This document shows positions 47,871 through 60,320 of a stretch of 64,000 nt of DNA, one piece after another; the stretch's first letter is position 1, and the number at the start of each line of letters is the position of its first letter. Below the pieces are notes generated by a model. That model did no database searches. It was not told the DNA's origin and saw only the letters and a list, made by a program, of their open reading frames with translations. The stretch covers positions 9,054,001 through 9,118,000 of the forward strand of contig NC_045696.1 of assembly GCF_009834535.1 (NCBI RefSeq), written 5' to 3'. This DNA is from Camelus ferus (taxonomy: Eukaryota). A program made the translations under genes and the position numbers.

Positions 47871-49741
47871 CACGAGCTGTTTTACCTCACACCGTGCAGC
47901 CCAGTAGCAATTAACAGAAATCACGCATCTTTGGTTCACTTTGTTGTGAGTTTTATTAGATGACAACAGTACAGCCTGGATGCATGGTGGCTCAGGCTTC
48001 AGAACTGCTCACCTAATCACAGCTTTGGAAGCCTGAAAAGAGTTATTCAGTGGGAAGGAGACCCAACTGGGATGCTAGGTATAACAGAAACAATTTCTAT
48101 TTGGTGATTTTTGCTGAGGACCTGCCTGGGGTATATTTCTGTCCCTCTCCATCTGCAATCCAACGTGGCATCGTCTTCCAAGGCCCTGGCTGCACTGCTG
48201 TGTGGGGTATGACTACTGGGTGAAGTGGCCAATCTAGACCATGTGTGGGAGGGGGCCCATCGCTTTGTGTTAACAGTTTCTTCTAAAGAAAATGGATGAG
48301 TCAGTCATTTGGAACCTGAGTCAAGTCTTCTATTAAAATAAGGTTACATGTGGGAATGAAGTTTACAGGATGGCCCCCATCATACACCAACCGCAGAAGT
48401 AACTGAAGATCTGAGTCCTGAGATACAGGCACCATGGGCTGGAGGAGGACGGAGCAGTGACCATTCCCTTCTAGAGCTCAGGCCACTTGTACAATAGATG
48501 TAGCGGGTCCCTCCTCTCTCCTCTTCTGTACTCTTCTCACTGACTGTGCTCCCCTCCCTGGGGCCTCCGGGGTGTCCTCACCCCGACCCTGGGGCAGACT
48601 TCCCAGACCGTCCAAAGGAAGCCACACCCCAGAACATCCCACTGTCTTCTCCGTGCTTGTAGCCCCAATAAATGGGCAGGTTGAGACCAGCCTGCATAGA
48701 CACAGGGAGACATTTTTCTCATTCAAAGCAATTCCTTCAAAAACGTGCATGTTTCCCCCAGGGATGAAATCTTTATGGCCAAAGGAAGCACAGTGGTTTG
48801 GCCTTCATCTTGGTTCTGTGACTCACTGTCTTTGTGGGTCTGGCCAAGTCACCTTCCCTCCTCATCCCAGGAGGTGAGGGGGCTTCACCAAAGCAATTTT
48901 TTCCAAAGAGGGGTCCCCAGAACATGGGTCCTAGAGATGCTTAAAGCAGATGTGTTTCTGCTGCCCACAAAGTCCCCTCTGGAAGAGCCAGAGGGCTCTC
49001 AGAAGTTCTGCAAGAATGAAAACTTTCTATTTGTGTTTAAATCTGTTCCTCAAACTGATTTAACCACAAACCCTCCTTTTATTACTACGCCAGGACACAC
49101 ACACATGGGGATTAGCTGAATAAATAATATGTAAGGAGATCTGTTTTGTGAACTCATTTGGAAATAAATCTCTGGTGAACATCTTCAGAGAGGCAAGGGA
49201 GAAAATCTTTCTTCAGAAGTTGCTTGGCTTCTAAAAGTTATCATAATTCATGGGGATCTGTTCAGATAATAACAGATAATAAAATGTATTTTTAAAAGAT
49301 TGAGAAATACTGTTCTACCATTGATGTCCTGTGTAACACCAAGCCACCTCGAAGAGAGGTCAGGAGAGAAGGCTCTCAAACAATTTGAGTGGGAGTGACA
49401 AGGCTGGTCACACACGGAGCTTCCGTCCGTACCTTCCCGCAGAGGACTTCCCTGAAGGAAAAACCCACTTAGACACCCGTGTGTCCGAGCAGGTCTGAGC
49501 CCATCAGTCAGTGGGTTTGGGAATCCATGTACGCAGGAAACTTGAGGGACATGAAGGAATGAGACCCTAATCTCACATGGACCATTGCCCAGAATGAAGC
49601 AGACGACAGAACAGAAGGTCACTCGGCGGGGGTCAAGGTCAGATGGAGGGTACTTGAATGAGGCTTGATTTTTGAGATCTACGTTCTACCTCTCACAAAA
49701 GTCAGGGAGGAGACAGATGTTGGAAGATTTGGATAATTGGG

Positions 49742-49975
49742 TTTTTTTCATTTTTTTTTTTTATTGAAGTGGTAGTTGATTTACAAAGTTAGTTTCAGGT
49801 GTACAACAAAGCAATTCGGTTATATACATATATATACACACACACACACATATATATATATTCTTTTCAGATTCTTTTCCATTATATGTTATTACGAGAA
49901 ATTGAGTATAGTCCCCTGTGCTATACAGCAGGCCCTTGTTGTTTATCATTTTTATATATAATGTGTGTCTGTTAA
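49742..49975 (-). mobile_element. L1 3' end (artiodactyl type)
   Basis: Poly-T, then TTATTGAAGTGGTAGTTGATTTACAA...TCAGATTCTTTTCCATTATA...CCCTGTGCTATACAGCAGG. Confidence 0.92.
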
Positions 49976-51138
49976 TGGATGGTTGTTTTTTGTGTTTCCT
50001 ACGGTTTCATAAGCAGCCCCAGGGCACAGACTGGGACTTGGGAAGCTGGGTCTGCTTGTCATTGTCACCTGTAGAACTCAGACCCATCCCCTCATTCTGC
50101 GTGAGGTTAGGCTCCTGTCCTTAGTGGTCCTCCCATGCCTGTGCCTCCCAGAGCCCTCCTCCCTGGTTACTCACAAAGCCCTTCCTTGGGGTGGGGGTTG
50201 GGGGTGCACTGGTCAGCTTCTAGAAACTTCCAACCCCCTGCCAACACTTTGGCTCCAGTCTATGCATCTATCCCTTCCGCCCAGATCTCATTGTGGTCAC
50301 TTAGCAATGCTCTTGCCCCTCCCGTGGCCTCCCTCCATCCAGGAGCTGACAGGACCACCACCTTCTCAACTTTTAGCCCAGAAGCCGAGTCAGACCGTCA
50401 TGGGGTCCAAGCTCACGTGGCTTGACCTCGAGGCAGTCCCTTCGTTCCCCCTCACGTCTCTTCCAGCTGCTCCCTGGCCCCTCGGCCCACCCGCCCCCCT
50501 CCTCGGGCAGCTAGACCTGCGTCCTGCCCCGCAGGCTTGCATCCTCCAGGCCCGCCTGGCTCACCGCACCTCCTCCCGGGAGCCCCTCCCGCCCACTGCA
50601 GAAACTGCCCAGCAGTCAGGGCCCCCCTCTCCTCTCAGCTCATAAGTGCGCCCAAGAGCCTCTCGTGCTAAACAAAAAACAAAAACCACACCCTAATAGC
50701 CTCCCTCGACTTTCTTCTGACAATAGCAGCAGTAGGAATAGCGCGCCCTGACACGTGCCTTCTCGGCGCTGTGTGTGTCACAACTCCTTCAATGCCTACG
50801 GCGGCCCTTTGAGCCAGGTAGACCGAGGGTCCCCTTTCACAGGGGAGCAGACGGAGGGATTCAGGATGCGGGGCGTCCCCGCTGGGAGGAGGCAGGGCTG
50901 GCGGGCAGAGCCCCCGCCCTCACCCACTCTCCGCCATTAGCTGTTCTCTCTCCTTCTTCCCCAAAGCCGGGGCAGGGTGGAGGCTCTCAGTGTCCTCACT
51001 TCCTCAGTTCCCACAGGGTGGCCGCAGGGGTTGTGCGATGTGGGCTCTGCCACCCAGACCCTGAGGGAGGTCCTCAGGGAATTGTGGGTGGGCAGGCCCA
51101 GCTCTGACCAGAGGCGTCCTGAGCTCCTGCAGCCGAGG

Positions 51139-51194
51139 ACACACACACAAACACACACACACACACACTCACACGCACACGCACACACGCACAC
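51139..51194. repeat. Imperfect (CA)n microsatellite
   Basis: Directly visible. Confidence 0.9.
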
Positions 51195-52039
51195 AGTATC
51201 CACAACAGTGCCGAGTCTCAGGGGTGTGATGGATCCCCAGAAGCTGCTGAGGACTCTGCAGCTCACAGGAGAGCGTCCGGCCCCTCACCTCTGCAGGAAG
51301 GGCCGGGGCCTATCCGTGGTCTGAAGGCAGAGCCCAGGGATGCCCTGGCCGTGCCCATGGCAAGGCTCTGATTTGCTAAAATGAGTTGCTCTTAGCAAAA
51401 GCAGGGACCCTCCAAAGTACTCAGCAAGAGGTTCCCTCCACTGGCTCTCCAGCCTTCCATGCTGCAGTTCTTGGTTTTCAATGCCAGGATGGTGAGGAAA
51501 CCAGCCTGACTAGTCCTCAGTACTCGGGTGCAGGGCTAGAAGTGGGTCAGGAACAGCGAGGTGCAAAAAGGGAAGGTTGGACCTGAGACCCAGCTCGCCC
51601 AGACCTGTTCCAAAGACTGGTGAGCTGGACTGACCACCATCTGCCCGCCCCTCCCACAGCTTGGCAACAGGGGTAGCTCTGTCAGCTTTCACAGTCTCTC
51701 CTCCTGTCCTCCTGCTGGTCCTGGAAAATTCTCTGTCCTGCCGTGTTAGGCAGGTTGTAATTACCTAGCCAGGAGATTGAGATCAACATTTTTACCTTTG
51801 CAGAGGGCTGTGAGGACAGGAGAACTTGGGTTCTGAGACGGGATTTCTGGTTTCCCAATTTCCTCGGCAGAGTAAAACCTCCATTAAACAGAAAGTTCAG
51901 GAATAGAAGAGTCTGGCAAATTGGATGCTATGGTTGACTCAAACTTGGCCAGAAAACTTCTTTTCTTTCTACTGTGTTCTTCACCATGACTCTAAAATCT
52001 TTAAGTTCAGTTTCCTGCCTAAATAGTTAAATAACACTT

Positions 52040-52172
52040 TTTATATATATACACATACATATAATATATATGATATACATTATACTAGATGTATATTATG
52101 TATATACATATTACATATGTATATATAATTTATACAAATTTATATAGATATGTAATATATAATATTATATAA
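52040..52172. repeat. AT-rich low-complexity tract
   Basis: Degenerate (TA)n. Confidence 0.85.
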
Positions 52173-52609
52173 CAATTGATGTAGGGGACAATGATTGTTT
52201 ATTTTTCTTTTGAGAACAATGATTTTTGTTTTTTAATTCTATGTCTTCTCTTCATGTTTACGTACGTGTCATGCTTGACCTTAACTCTTTGGAGGTCGAG
52301 TTAGCGGAGATGATTAGCTCCTTTTTATAGATGTAGAAACGGAGGCTATGAGTTATGACATGGGCTCAAGGCTAAGATTTGATCCTGGACTGGAAGGAAA
52401 GTTGTCTGACTCCTAATCAAGTTGGTATGGCTCACATGCGTCACCTGAGCAGGCCTTCCCGCCAGGTAAATCAGGGGCTGCAGGAGATGGAAGGGTCAGA
52501 TGCAGTGTGAGAACTGCTTTTAGGTACTTTTGGAGGTTGTCCATTTTCCTTAAAAAAGAATCCAGTCAGTAAAAATCCAGCAGACTCTGGTAAATCATGA
52601 TACTGATTT

Positions 52610-53190
52610 TTAAATAATGTTTACTTTTTTTCCCCTTATTTCAAAAGTTAATTGGAGGAATTTTGAAAAATCAGAGAAGTATAAAAGAGTTTGCATTGTC
52701 TATAGTCCTAGTAATTATCCCTGCCCCTTGCTAATATGTTGGTGTCTTTTAAAACCTATTTTTAGTTGACATCACATTTGAAGTATTATTTTATGAATGA
52801 CTTCATCGCTTAAAAAGTATGGTGAGCATTTCCATGCCATTAAAAATTACTCTAAAATATTATTTTAATTGTTGCATGGATTTTCATGACACAGTAATTT
52901 ATTTAACCAGTCTTAAATCTTTGGTAATTTAGACTGTCCCCGAAGTTTCACTATGGTGATTCATGCCGCATTGAGTATCTCTGAACATGATCTTTGGGTG
53001 CATTTCTGATTATTCCTTAGGATAAATTTCTAAAAGTGGAAATGTTGGTTCAGAGACTACAAGCACTTTGAAGAGTCTGAATCCTGACACACAGCCCCAT
53101 GGAAAGGCTCCACCAATTCACATTCCAGCCCACAGTGTGTGAAGGCGGCTGTTTTCCCACAACCCTTACCATCCCTGGGCTCTAACCTCA
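52610..53190 (-). mobile_element. Old L1 (L1ME-like) fragment
   Basis: AATTTATTTAACCAGTC...TTATTCCTTAGGATAAATTTCTAAAAGTGGAAATGTTGG...CCAATTCACATTCCAGCCCACAGTGTGTGAAG. Confidence 0.75.
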
Positions 53191-53698
53191 CTTTGTTTTA
53201 TTCTTTTCTGGATTATAACCCATCTTCAATCTGGGGGCAAGGGCCTTTAATAAACTCACCTCTCATAGACTTTACCTCTCATCTCAGCTTCTCAGAGTCA
53301 CTCTTTTATTTGGGTAGCCATTTTTTCCTGTTCGTGGATCTATGAATACGTATATAATGAACAAAACAGTTGATGTTCACCTAGATTGATAAGTATATTT
53401 AAAGGTACCTATGAGCTAGTCATATAAGACTTAATAATGTCTAAGAGCCAGCTCTCTAGTGCATTGCCTCAGTCCGGCTCGCTGCTCTACAACACCAAGG
53501 TGAAAATTCCACTGCCCCTGTAGACCTCTATTCAATTTCATCGACTTACAAAGACAGGTGGATGGGAAACGGGCAGGACAGCTTTAATGAAGATGAAGGA
53601 TGTAGATGTGTATATTACAACTGGGATAATCTACTTGCAAACGTGCTGAACTGTGGACATTTGCATGGTGCAGTTATGGCAAGAACTATTATTTATAT

Positions 53699-53920
53699 CA
53701 GGGATCAGCAAACGATAGCTCGTGGACCAAATCTGGCTACCACTTGATTTCGTAGATAGATTTTTATCAGCCCGATCGCACTTACTTACTGACACATTGT
53801 CTGGGGCCGCTTCCTTTCTACAACACCAGAATTTAATCGTTTTGATATAGACGTTACCCACAAAGCCTAAAATATTTACTGTCTGGCACTGTACCAAAAA
53901 AAAAGGCATCTTGACCTCTG
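53699..53920 (+). mobile_element. MER58A hAT-Charlie MITE
   Basis: CAGGGATCAGCAAAC...GGACCAAATCTGGC...CCCACAAAGCCTAAAATATTTACTGTCTGGC...GACCTCTG. Confidence 0.88.
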
Positions 53921-56900
53921 ATTTATATTCTACCAAAAAGCAGACATAGAGTTTTCACTAGAAAGATCCCCCCTTTATGCCTTATTGTCCCATGAGAAAG
54001 GGTTGACATTATGACTCATCTCAGTGTATGGATGTATAAATGGCTCTTCTCAAGGTTAAATTTTTGTCCAAGGTGATGCTAAGTTTCTGTGAGGAGGGGC
54101 TGAAGTTTGAATTTAGATCTTTAGATCTGATCTGATGTCTTATACAGATGGATGCAGAAGGCTACTATATCTTGCCCCTTTTGTCTCTCCTTACCAACTG
54201 TGTGTCTTTTCCTTCCCAAATTCTCCTCCTAAGCACCTTCCCTTGGGCACCTTGAGTGATGTGATGGTGGCGATGACATATACAAGTAGATCCTAGCCTG
54301 TATGTGGATGTAAACTACGTGGACTGCCAGTTCTTACTCATTTGAGTACTAGGTACATTGACAGAGTTGGCGCCACTGAAAGCAGATGCCATCTAAGTTC
54401 ATCCTTCTTCAATGATTCAGAAACCTGACAGTCATTACATGAAAATCTACTAATTTATCACAGTGCAGAATTATAGGTGTAGGTGATGTAATTGTTCAGA
54501 ATCCCTGCAGAGCTTGTAATATCCCCTAAAAATTACTTTAAAAATCCCCCTTCTATAAGTTTATTAATATTCCACTAGGTTTTCTCTCATAACAGCAGAA
54601 AAAGAAAAATAATGTGGATATTTGAGCTTTGGGGAATGTTTGTATCCTGATAAATAGGAATGTCCTGGAAATTTCATCATTAAGACAAAAATATAACTCT
54701 TGGAGAAAAGCACAGAGACTTATACCCAAAGAATAGGTGCACATGCCAACCAATATTTTTAAATCTCACTATTAAATTTGAACCTCACGTTAGATACGGG
54801 GGATTAAGCTAACGATCATATTTACTTTAGTAAATTCTTAAAAAAAAAAAAAAAGCTAATTCAGAGTTTGTTTCTGACCAGCTACCTCCTTAGTCACACA
54901 GCACCTGCCAGAAGACATCCAATAACCCACTCTTTAGGTCAGAGAAAAACATACAAAAGAGAAAGCCTTGGCTGGAATGACTCATGTTACAAGCCAGCTG
55001 CTTTCCAGAATCCGTTAAGCTGTAGGGTCCAGATTGCCCTTTGTGGCTTTCTGCAGACTTTATTTGAACAGAGAGATTACAACAACCCTACCCACATGAA
55101 AGCCAAGGAAAGGAGCTAGTTGGAGTAGAGAGAGTGCCCAAAATTTGCCTGTACTTTGAAACAAAATCACAAGGGTGTTAGCAAGCCTTCTCTTTGTCTT
55201 GTGGTAATAAGTACCCCTCTGCTTCCATTCACCATGGAAGCGATGAAGCTTTTCCATGATCGATTCCATTCGACACTTGGTAGAAATGTCTTTCCTCGGG
55301 CAGTGACAGTCATGGGCACTAAAACCTATCTGGCATTTCTGGTTAATGATGGTTTATCAACTATCTTCCTGTGCTTCCTTTGACCCATATCCAGTTGTTC
55401 TGAGATTTTCTTTTCCATTTCAACCCATTGAGGGATTGACCTCAATTCAACACGTGAACATATTCTTTGCCAGTGAGAAGCCTGGTCTAGTCTAGTCCAA
55501 ACGTTGATTTTATTCCAAGTGACAACTTATGTATCAGTAGTGGCTGCGTCAGTGCCTCAGAGCTGGGAGAGGAGAAGGATTTTCAGCAGGAGTTGCCCGG
55601 GTTCTTGGGCCGCATGTGCGGTGGTCAGGCATGGGAAGAAGTCGGGAGAAAGTGGAGTATTTCCACCATTTCTGAACCACACAATAGCCTGAGATTGTTT
55701 CTTGCATAGGACCCTGTGTGTGTGTGTGTGTGTGCACACGCATGTGGGTGTGTGTGGCATGCTCTACTTAGGGCGATGTGGTTGGCCATCTTATACATCC
55801 GTCTGTTGATTCATTTAACAAAGTTTACTGACCATCACTCTCTACCAGGAAGTATTCCAGAGAATAGGAATGGAAAAAAAAAATCCAAGATACAACCAGA
55901 TAAAGACATTCTCATAAACAAAGGCTGTGACAAGTACAGTAGGAATGTCCTATTGTTGATACTTTGGGCCTCTGCTTAGTCAAGCATTAAGATGGAAAAG
56001 ATGATGAAAAGGAGATTAGTGACCAGAAGTAAATTCCCAGCAGTGGTTATCAGAATCCCCAAATCTGTGATGTTGGGTGTATTTTAAAAGTTATTTTCCT
56101 GAAGTTTATGGAGCAGTCATGCCTTGCTATTGGTCTAAATGTATGGGGAAAAAAACTCAAAACTTGAAACCAGAACATACAATATGATTTTCATAAAGCC
56201 TGAGGTGAAACAGATTCCAACTTAATATCACCAAGCAACAGTCGGTGATCGTTATCACGGTGATCAGCCTCGTTCTCAACATCATCCCATTATGAAACTG
56301 TGTGTGAGCACTCAGAGGAGAGTTTCATCTAGAATAATCACACCAGGGCGTGGTGTGTCTAACCCGGCTTGGGCATCCACTGGTAAGACTTGTGCGTTTG
56401 GGAGCAGCACAGGCTTGCGTGCTCATTTTTTGCACACGAGGAAACTGAAGCACAGAAGTGGTCAGCTCTTTGGCCAAGGTTCACATTTAGTTAGTGTCAA
56501 AATTATAACCCAGCCTGGAAAATAAGAACCTAGAAAGGGCCCTTCCTGAAGCATTTAGCTTCCATTTTCTTACTCAATAAGCTTCATTCCAGCCAAGTCA
56601 GAAGCGCAGTGTGTTCCTACTGTGGATGCGGGCTGAGGACAGAGTTGACCAGAGCCAACTCTAATCAGCCCCAGTCGCACTGCATGAAGAGGGAGAGTGT
56701 CCATTGCTCTCCAGCTGGCCGGCCCAGTGGAAGGTTTGAACTGTCCGGTCTCCTTGATCTTTCAGCGGCGCACGTTCAGGTGCCTTGTATGCTTATATAC
56801 AGTGTGCCATGTCCCAGGAATACAATGAAATGTGATTGGTACTAAAATTGCATTGACCAGAGTGTCATTTTCTTTGAAGAATCAGACTAAACTTCATGGT

Positions 56901-57486
56901 CTTCACCCCCAAGATCATGGTGGTGAACAACATGCAGTTAATTTATGCAAAAATTTTGCTTCCCCCCTTGTGGATTGACTGATGGATAGCAGAGAGATGT
57001 TTTGAGCGAGATTTATTTCCGTCTTCAGAATCACCCAGCAATTTCACGGGCCCACTTTGGATTTTTCAGAACACGTGACCTGGGGGAGAAGTTTACTCTC
57101 ACATCAACTGTCACCAACAACCATTTGTAAGACTTCAAGAATAAAATGCATCATGGGAATAAAATACATCATCAAAAATAAAATGCATCATCAACTCAGT
57201 GAAGTTGGCCCAGGGTTAAAAGATGCAGTAGGAGTTCCCTTCTGATAGATCATATTTCCCTTTGACGTGGTTCTAAATTCTTTGGGACCAATAGAGAGAC
57301 CATGGATAATTGCCTGTAATTCAACACACACACGACCAGCTCTCCTGAAAACCAAGCATCAGCCTCTCCATCACAGTTGTGGGGGGCAGGGAGGTGGTGG
57401 TGGTGGAAGTTTGAGTTGGTTTTTTTTTCCTTTATTTTATTTTCTCTTTGGATCCATGGCTCTTTTCATGAAAGGTCCTCTCTCTC

Positions 57487-57577
57487 TTTTTTTTTTTTAA
57501 TGGAGGTCCTGGGGATTGAATCCAGGACCTCATGCACGATAAGCATGTGCTCTACCACTGAGCTACACCCACCCTCC
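57487..57577 (-). mobile_element. tRNA-Ala-derived SINE (Vic-1-like, camelid)
   Basis: The minus strand reads GGGTGGGTGTAGCTCAGTGGTAGAGCACATGCTTATCGTGCATGAGGTCCTGGATTCAATCCCCAGGACCTCCATT followed by poly-A, with Pol III A and B boxes. Degenerate TSD TGAAAGGTCCTCT (57469-57481) versus TGCAAGGTTCTGT (57578-57590). Confidence 0.88.
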
Positions 57578-58099
57578 TGCAAGGTTCTGTTTAATATCCT
57601 AATAAGTATAATTTCCTCTTTCTCCAGAGGCCTTCCTTTTTATAGCCTCTAATGATCATTCCATAATCAGTGTAGTTAGAAGAAATGAGTCCACCTCTAG
57701 GCTTCTGTCTTATCTCTAATGAAGGAAAAGGTATATATATGGTGGAATAAATAGTATTTGAAACACCTCCAGGGCTCACTACTACTAAAGTTTGATCATG
57801 ATATCAAACATTCTTGAAGTATATATTGAACACACATTTTTGACATAGTGTAATTAGAAAATCTGCTTAGAAAGATGTGCACAACCTAATTTTTCCTTTT
57901 TTCTTCTTAAATGCCACCTTGGTCTGGCCCCTCCTCATCTGTCCTCAAGGAATTCTCCCAGGGCAGAGCTGAGACCAGCCTGGCCGGTCATCCCTCCAAA
58001 GAACACGCTAAGCTCACATTTATCACTGATTCAACTGACCCTCATGCCTTGAGCACCTTTTAAATGACCATTGGAAATCGAGGATAATTGTCATGGGGG

Positions 58100-59110
58100 A
58101 AGGAGGCCACAAGATGAGAACCTAAATATTAAAGAAGTCTCCCTCTAGTTGGGAAGTGCAATGCTCATAAACATGATGCTGACACAGAGCCAACTTGAAT
58201 GTGCTATCATGGCGCCATGATGAAAGTGCCATTGGTACTGAACATGGGAGGAAAGATCAATTCTGGCTGGAAGAGGAGCTGGGAAGCTTTTGGAGAATGT
58301 GGATTTTAAGTGCACCCTTGGGTTACAGTGAACTCTCCAAAGCAGATGAGATAGTGAAGGTGACATTGGTGGCAAGAAGCAAAGCCAATCAAAGGCTTAG
58401 AGGTCTTTAAAAATGGCACCAGTCATGTTCATGTAAATTAGCATCGCCTAGTGGTGAGAGGGAGAGGGTAGGCAGGAGAGGTGGGGAAAATAACAGAATT
58501 AAGCTGGATCCATAAAGTGGGGTTGGGTTCTCCAGGGATTTGAATGTTAGGATGAAGAGCTCAGACACAATGGAGGGTCTAGAACAATTTTTAAGTTTTG
58601 GTATGAAATAGTTCTGGATTGTAGAACAAACTTGCCGATATCGCTTAGAGAATGTTTACGGGGGTGGTGTTGACCAAGGCTGGACAATCAGTTTTGGAAA
58701 CTGTTGAAACAATATTATTATATGTATTACATTTTTATAAATAATACTACTTATGGTTGAAGAATACAAGTGCCTGACAATGACGGTGGTAGCAAGAATA
58801 GGGAAGAGGTGTGACAGAGAAGTGACCCCGGAGATTGGCAATTGATTTACTCTCTGGAGGGAAGGAGTCAGAGCTGGTGAGAATTGATGGGAAGGTCTGG
58901 AGTCTGAAGATGGAAAGAGTAGTCAATCCAAGCAAAAAACCCTGAAGCAAGATCCAGGATGGAATGTGGGACACGATGGAGTATGTTTTGGACTTGCTGA
59001 GTTTGGGTCCCTTTTGAACATCTCTGCGATGACATGTAGCCAAGGTGCAAAGGGAAGGAGTCAGGCCTAGAAACAAGGATGTAGGCATGGAGGTAGCCAA
59101 GGGCATAATG
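58100..59110 (-). mobile_element. Decayed L2 body
   Basis: Purine-rich L2-like motifs, e.g. GACAATGACGGTGGTAGCAAGAATAGGGAAGAGGTG and GTTTTGGACTTGCTGAGTTTG...GAGTCAGG. Confidence 0.55.
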
Positions 59111-59230
59111 GCACAGTTCTGTGGGGAAGGCATTTGCCCCAAAGCCTGAGAGAAAATTCAGTGACAAGGCCACAGTGGCCATCCAGGGCGTAGGTCTGCG
59201 GGTACTGCTCACAGGGCTCACACCCTGGAA

Positions 59231-59770
59231 CAGCACTGTCCAGTGGAACATAACACAAGCCCACATAGTAAATCTTCCAGTGCCACAATCAAATAAGCAA
59301 AAAGAAACCTGTGAAATTAATTTGACTTAATTTCTTTAGCCAATAAAGCCAAATATGATCATTTCACCATGTACTCTATTATAAAAATTATTGATGTGAT
59401 CATTCACATTTAAAAAGAATTTTATTGGAGTATAGTTGATTTGCAATGTTTTAGTTGTGCAGCAAAATGATTCAATTATACATACATATAAATACACTTA
59501 TTCTTTTCCAGATTCTTTTCCATTATAGTTTATTACAAGATATTGAGTACAGTTCCCTGTGCAATATGGTAGGTCCTTGTTGTTTATCTATTTTATATAC
59601 AGTAGTGTGTATCTGTTAATCCCAAATGCCTAATTTATCCCTCTTCCTCTTTTATATCTTTACAAGCCAGTGTGTATTTTACACTTGCAGTTCGTCTCAG
59701 TTCAGACCAGCTGCACTTCAAGGGCTGATTAGCCACACTTGATGGTGGCTACAACACTGGACAGCCCAGC
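59231..59770. mobile_element. MER33-like hAT-Charlie element interrupted by L1
   Basis: CAGCACTGTCCAGTGGAAC...AAAAAGAAACCTGTGAAATTAATTT on the left and GTGTGTATTTTACACTT...TAGCCACAC...GTGGCTAC...TGGACAGC on the right. Confidence 0.8.
59419..59650 (-). mobile_element. L1 3' end nested in the MER33-like element
   Basis: TTTTATTGGAGTATAGTTGATTTGCAATGTT...CAGATTCTTTTCCATTATAG...GTGTGTATCTGTTAATCCCAAA. Confidence 0.92.
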
Positions 59771-60134
59771 TCTGGAAACTACTGAAGGTAGCTCCGAGAT
59801 AGAGTGACCATGTCATTTGTCCTCCTAACTGGGCACTGCCAGGGGTGGAAGGGAATGCAGCAGTAAACCGGGACTGTCCTGGAGAATCAGAAAGGGCTGT
59901 CTCCCACACAAGCCTCCTCGTAAGACCGCTCTCATCCTCTCCCCTGTCATCTCAGTGCCTTCAGCCTGGGGGAGAAAGGACATGGGCTGTGTCCAAGCGT
60001 GGATTCAGGCCCTGCCCGCGGTCTTTCTAAAGTCCCAGGCTGAGCCCTGGGATCAAAGCATTGGCTGACATGGCACCTTTTCCGTGCATCTCTTTCCCAC
60101 TCTGAGAAAGGAAATGTTCTTAATCACAGTGTCA

Positions 60135-60320
60135 CTAACACATACTGAGCACGTGTGTGCCCAGTGCTGGGCTGAGCACTCCGCAGGCAACACTCACGTC
60201 ATTGCTATCACTGTTATCCTCATGAGGTTCAGAGGGCTCACCTAACTTGCCCAGTCACCCAGCAGGACAGAGACTCAAATCCAAGTCTGGCTGACTCTAG
60301 TTCTCAGGCTCTCACATCTG
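60135..60320 (-). mobile_element. MIR fragment
   Basis: TACTGAGCAC...GGGCTGAGCACT...GAGGTTCAGAG...TAACTTGCCCAGTCACCCAGC...ACTCAAATCCAAGTCTG. Confidence 0.7.

Noticed and set aside
57499..57574. Apparent tRNA-Ala gene on the minus strand
   Set aside because: The anticodon arm and acceptor stem are degenerate, and it has a poly-A tail and a TSD, so it is a SINE.
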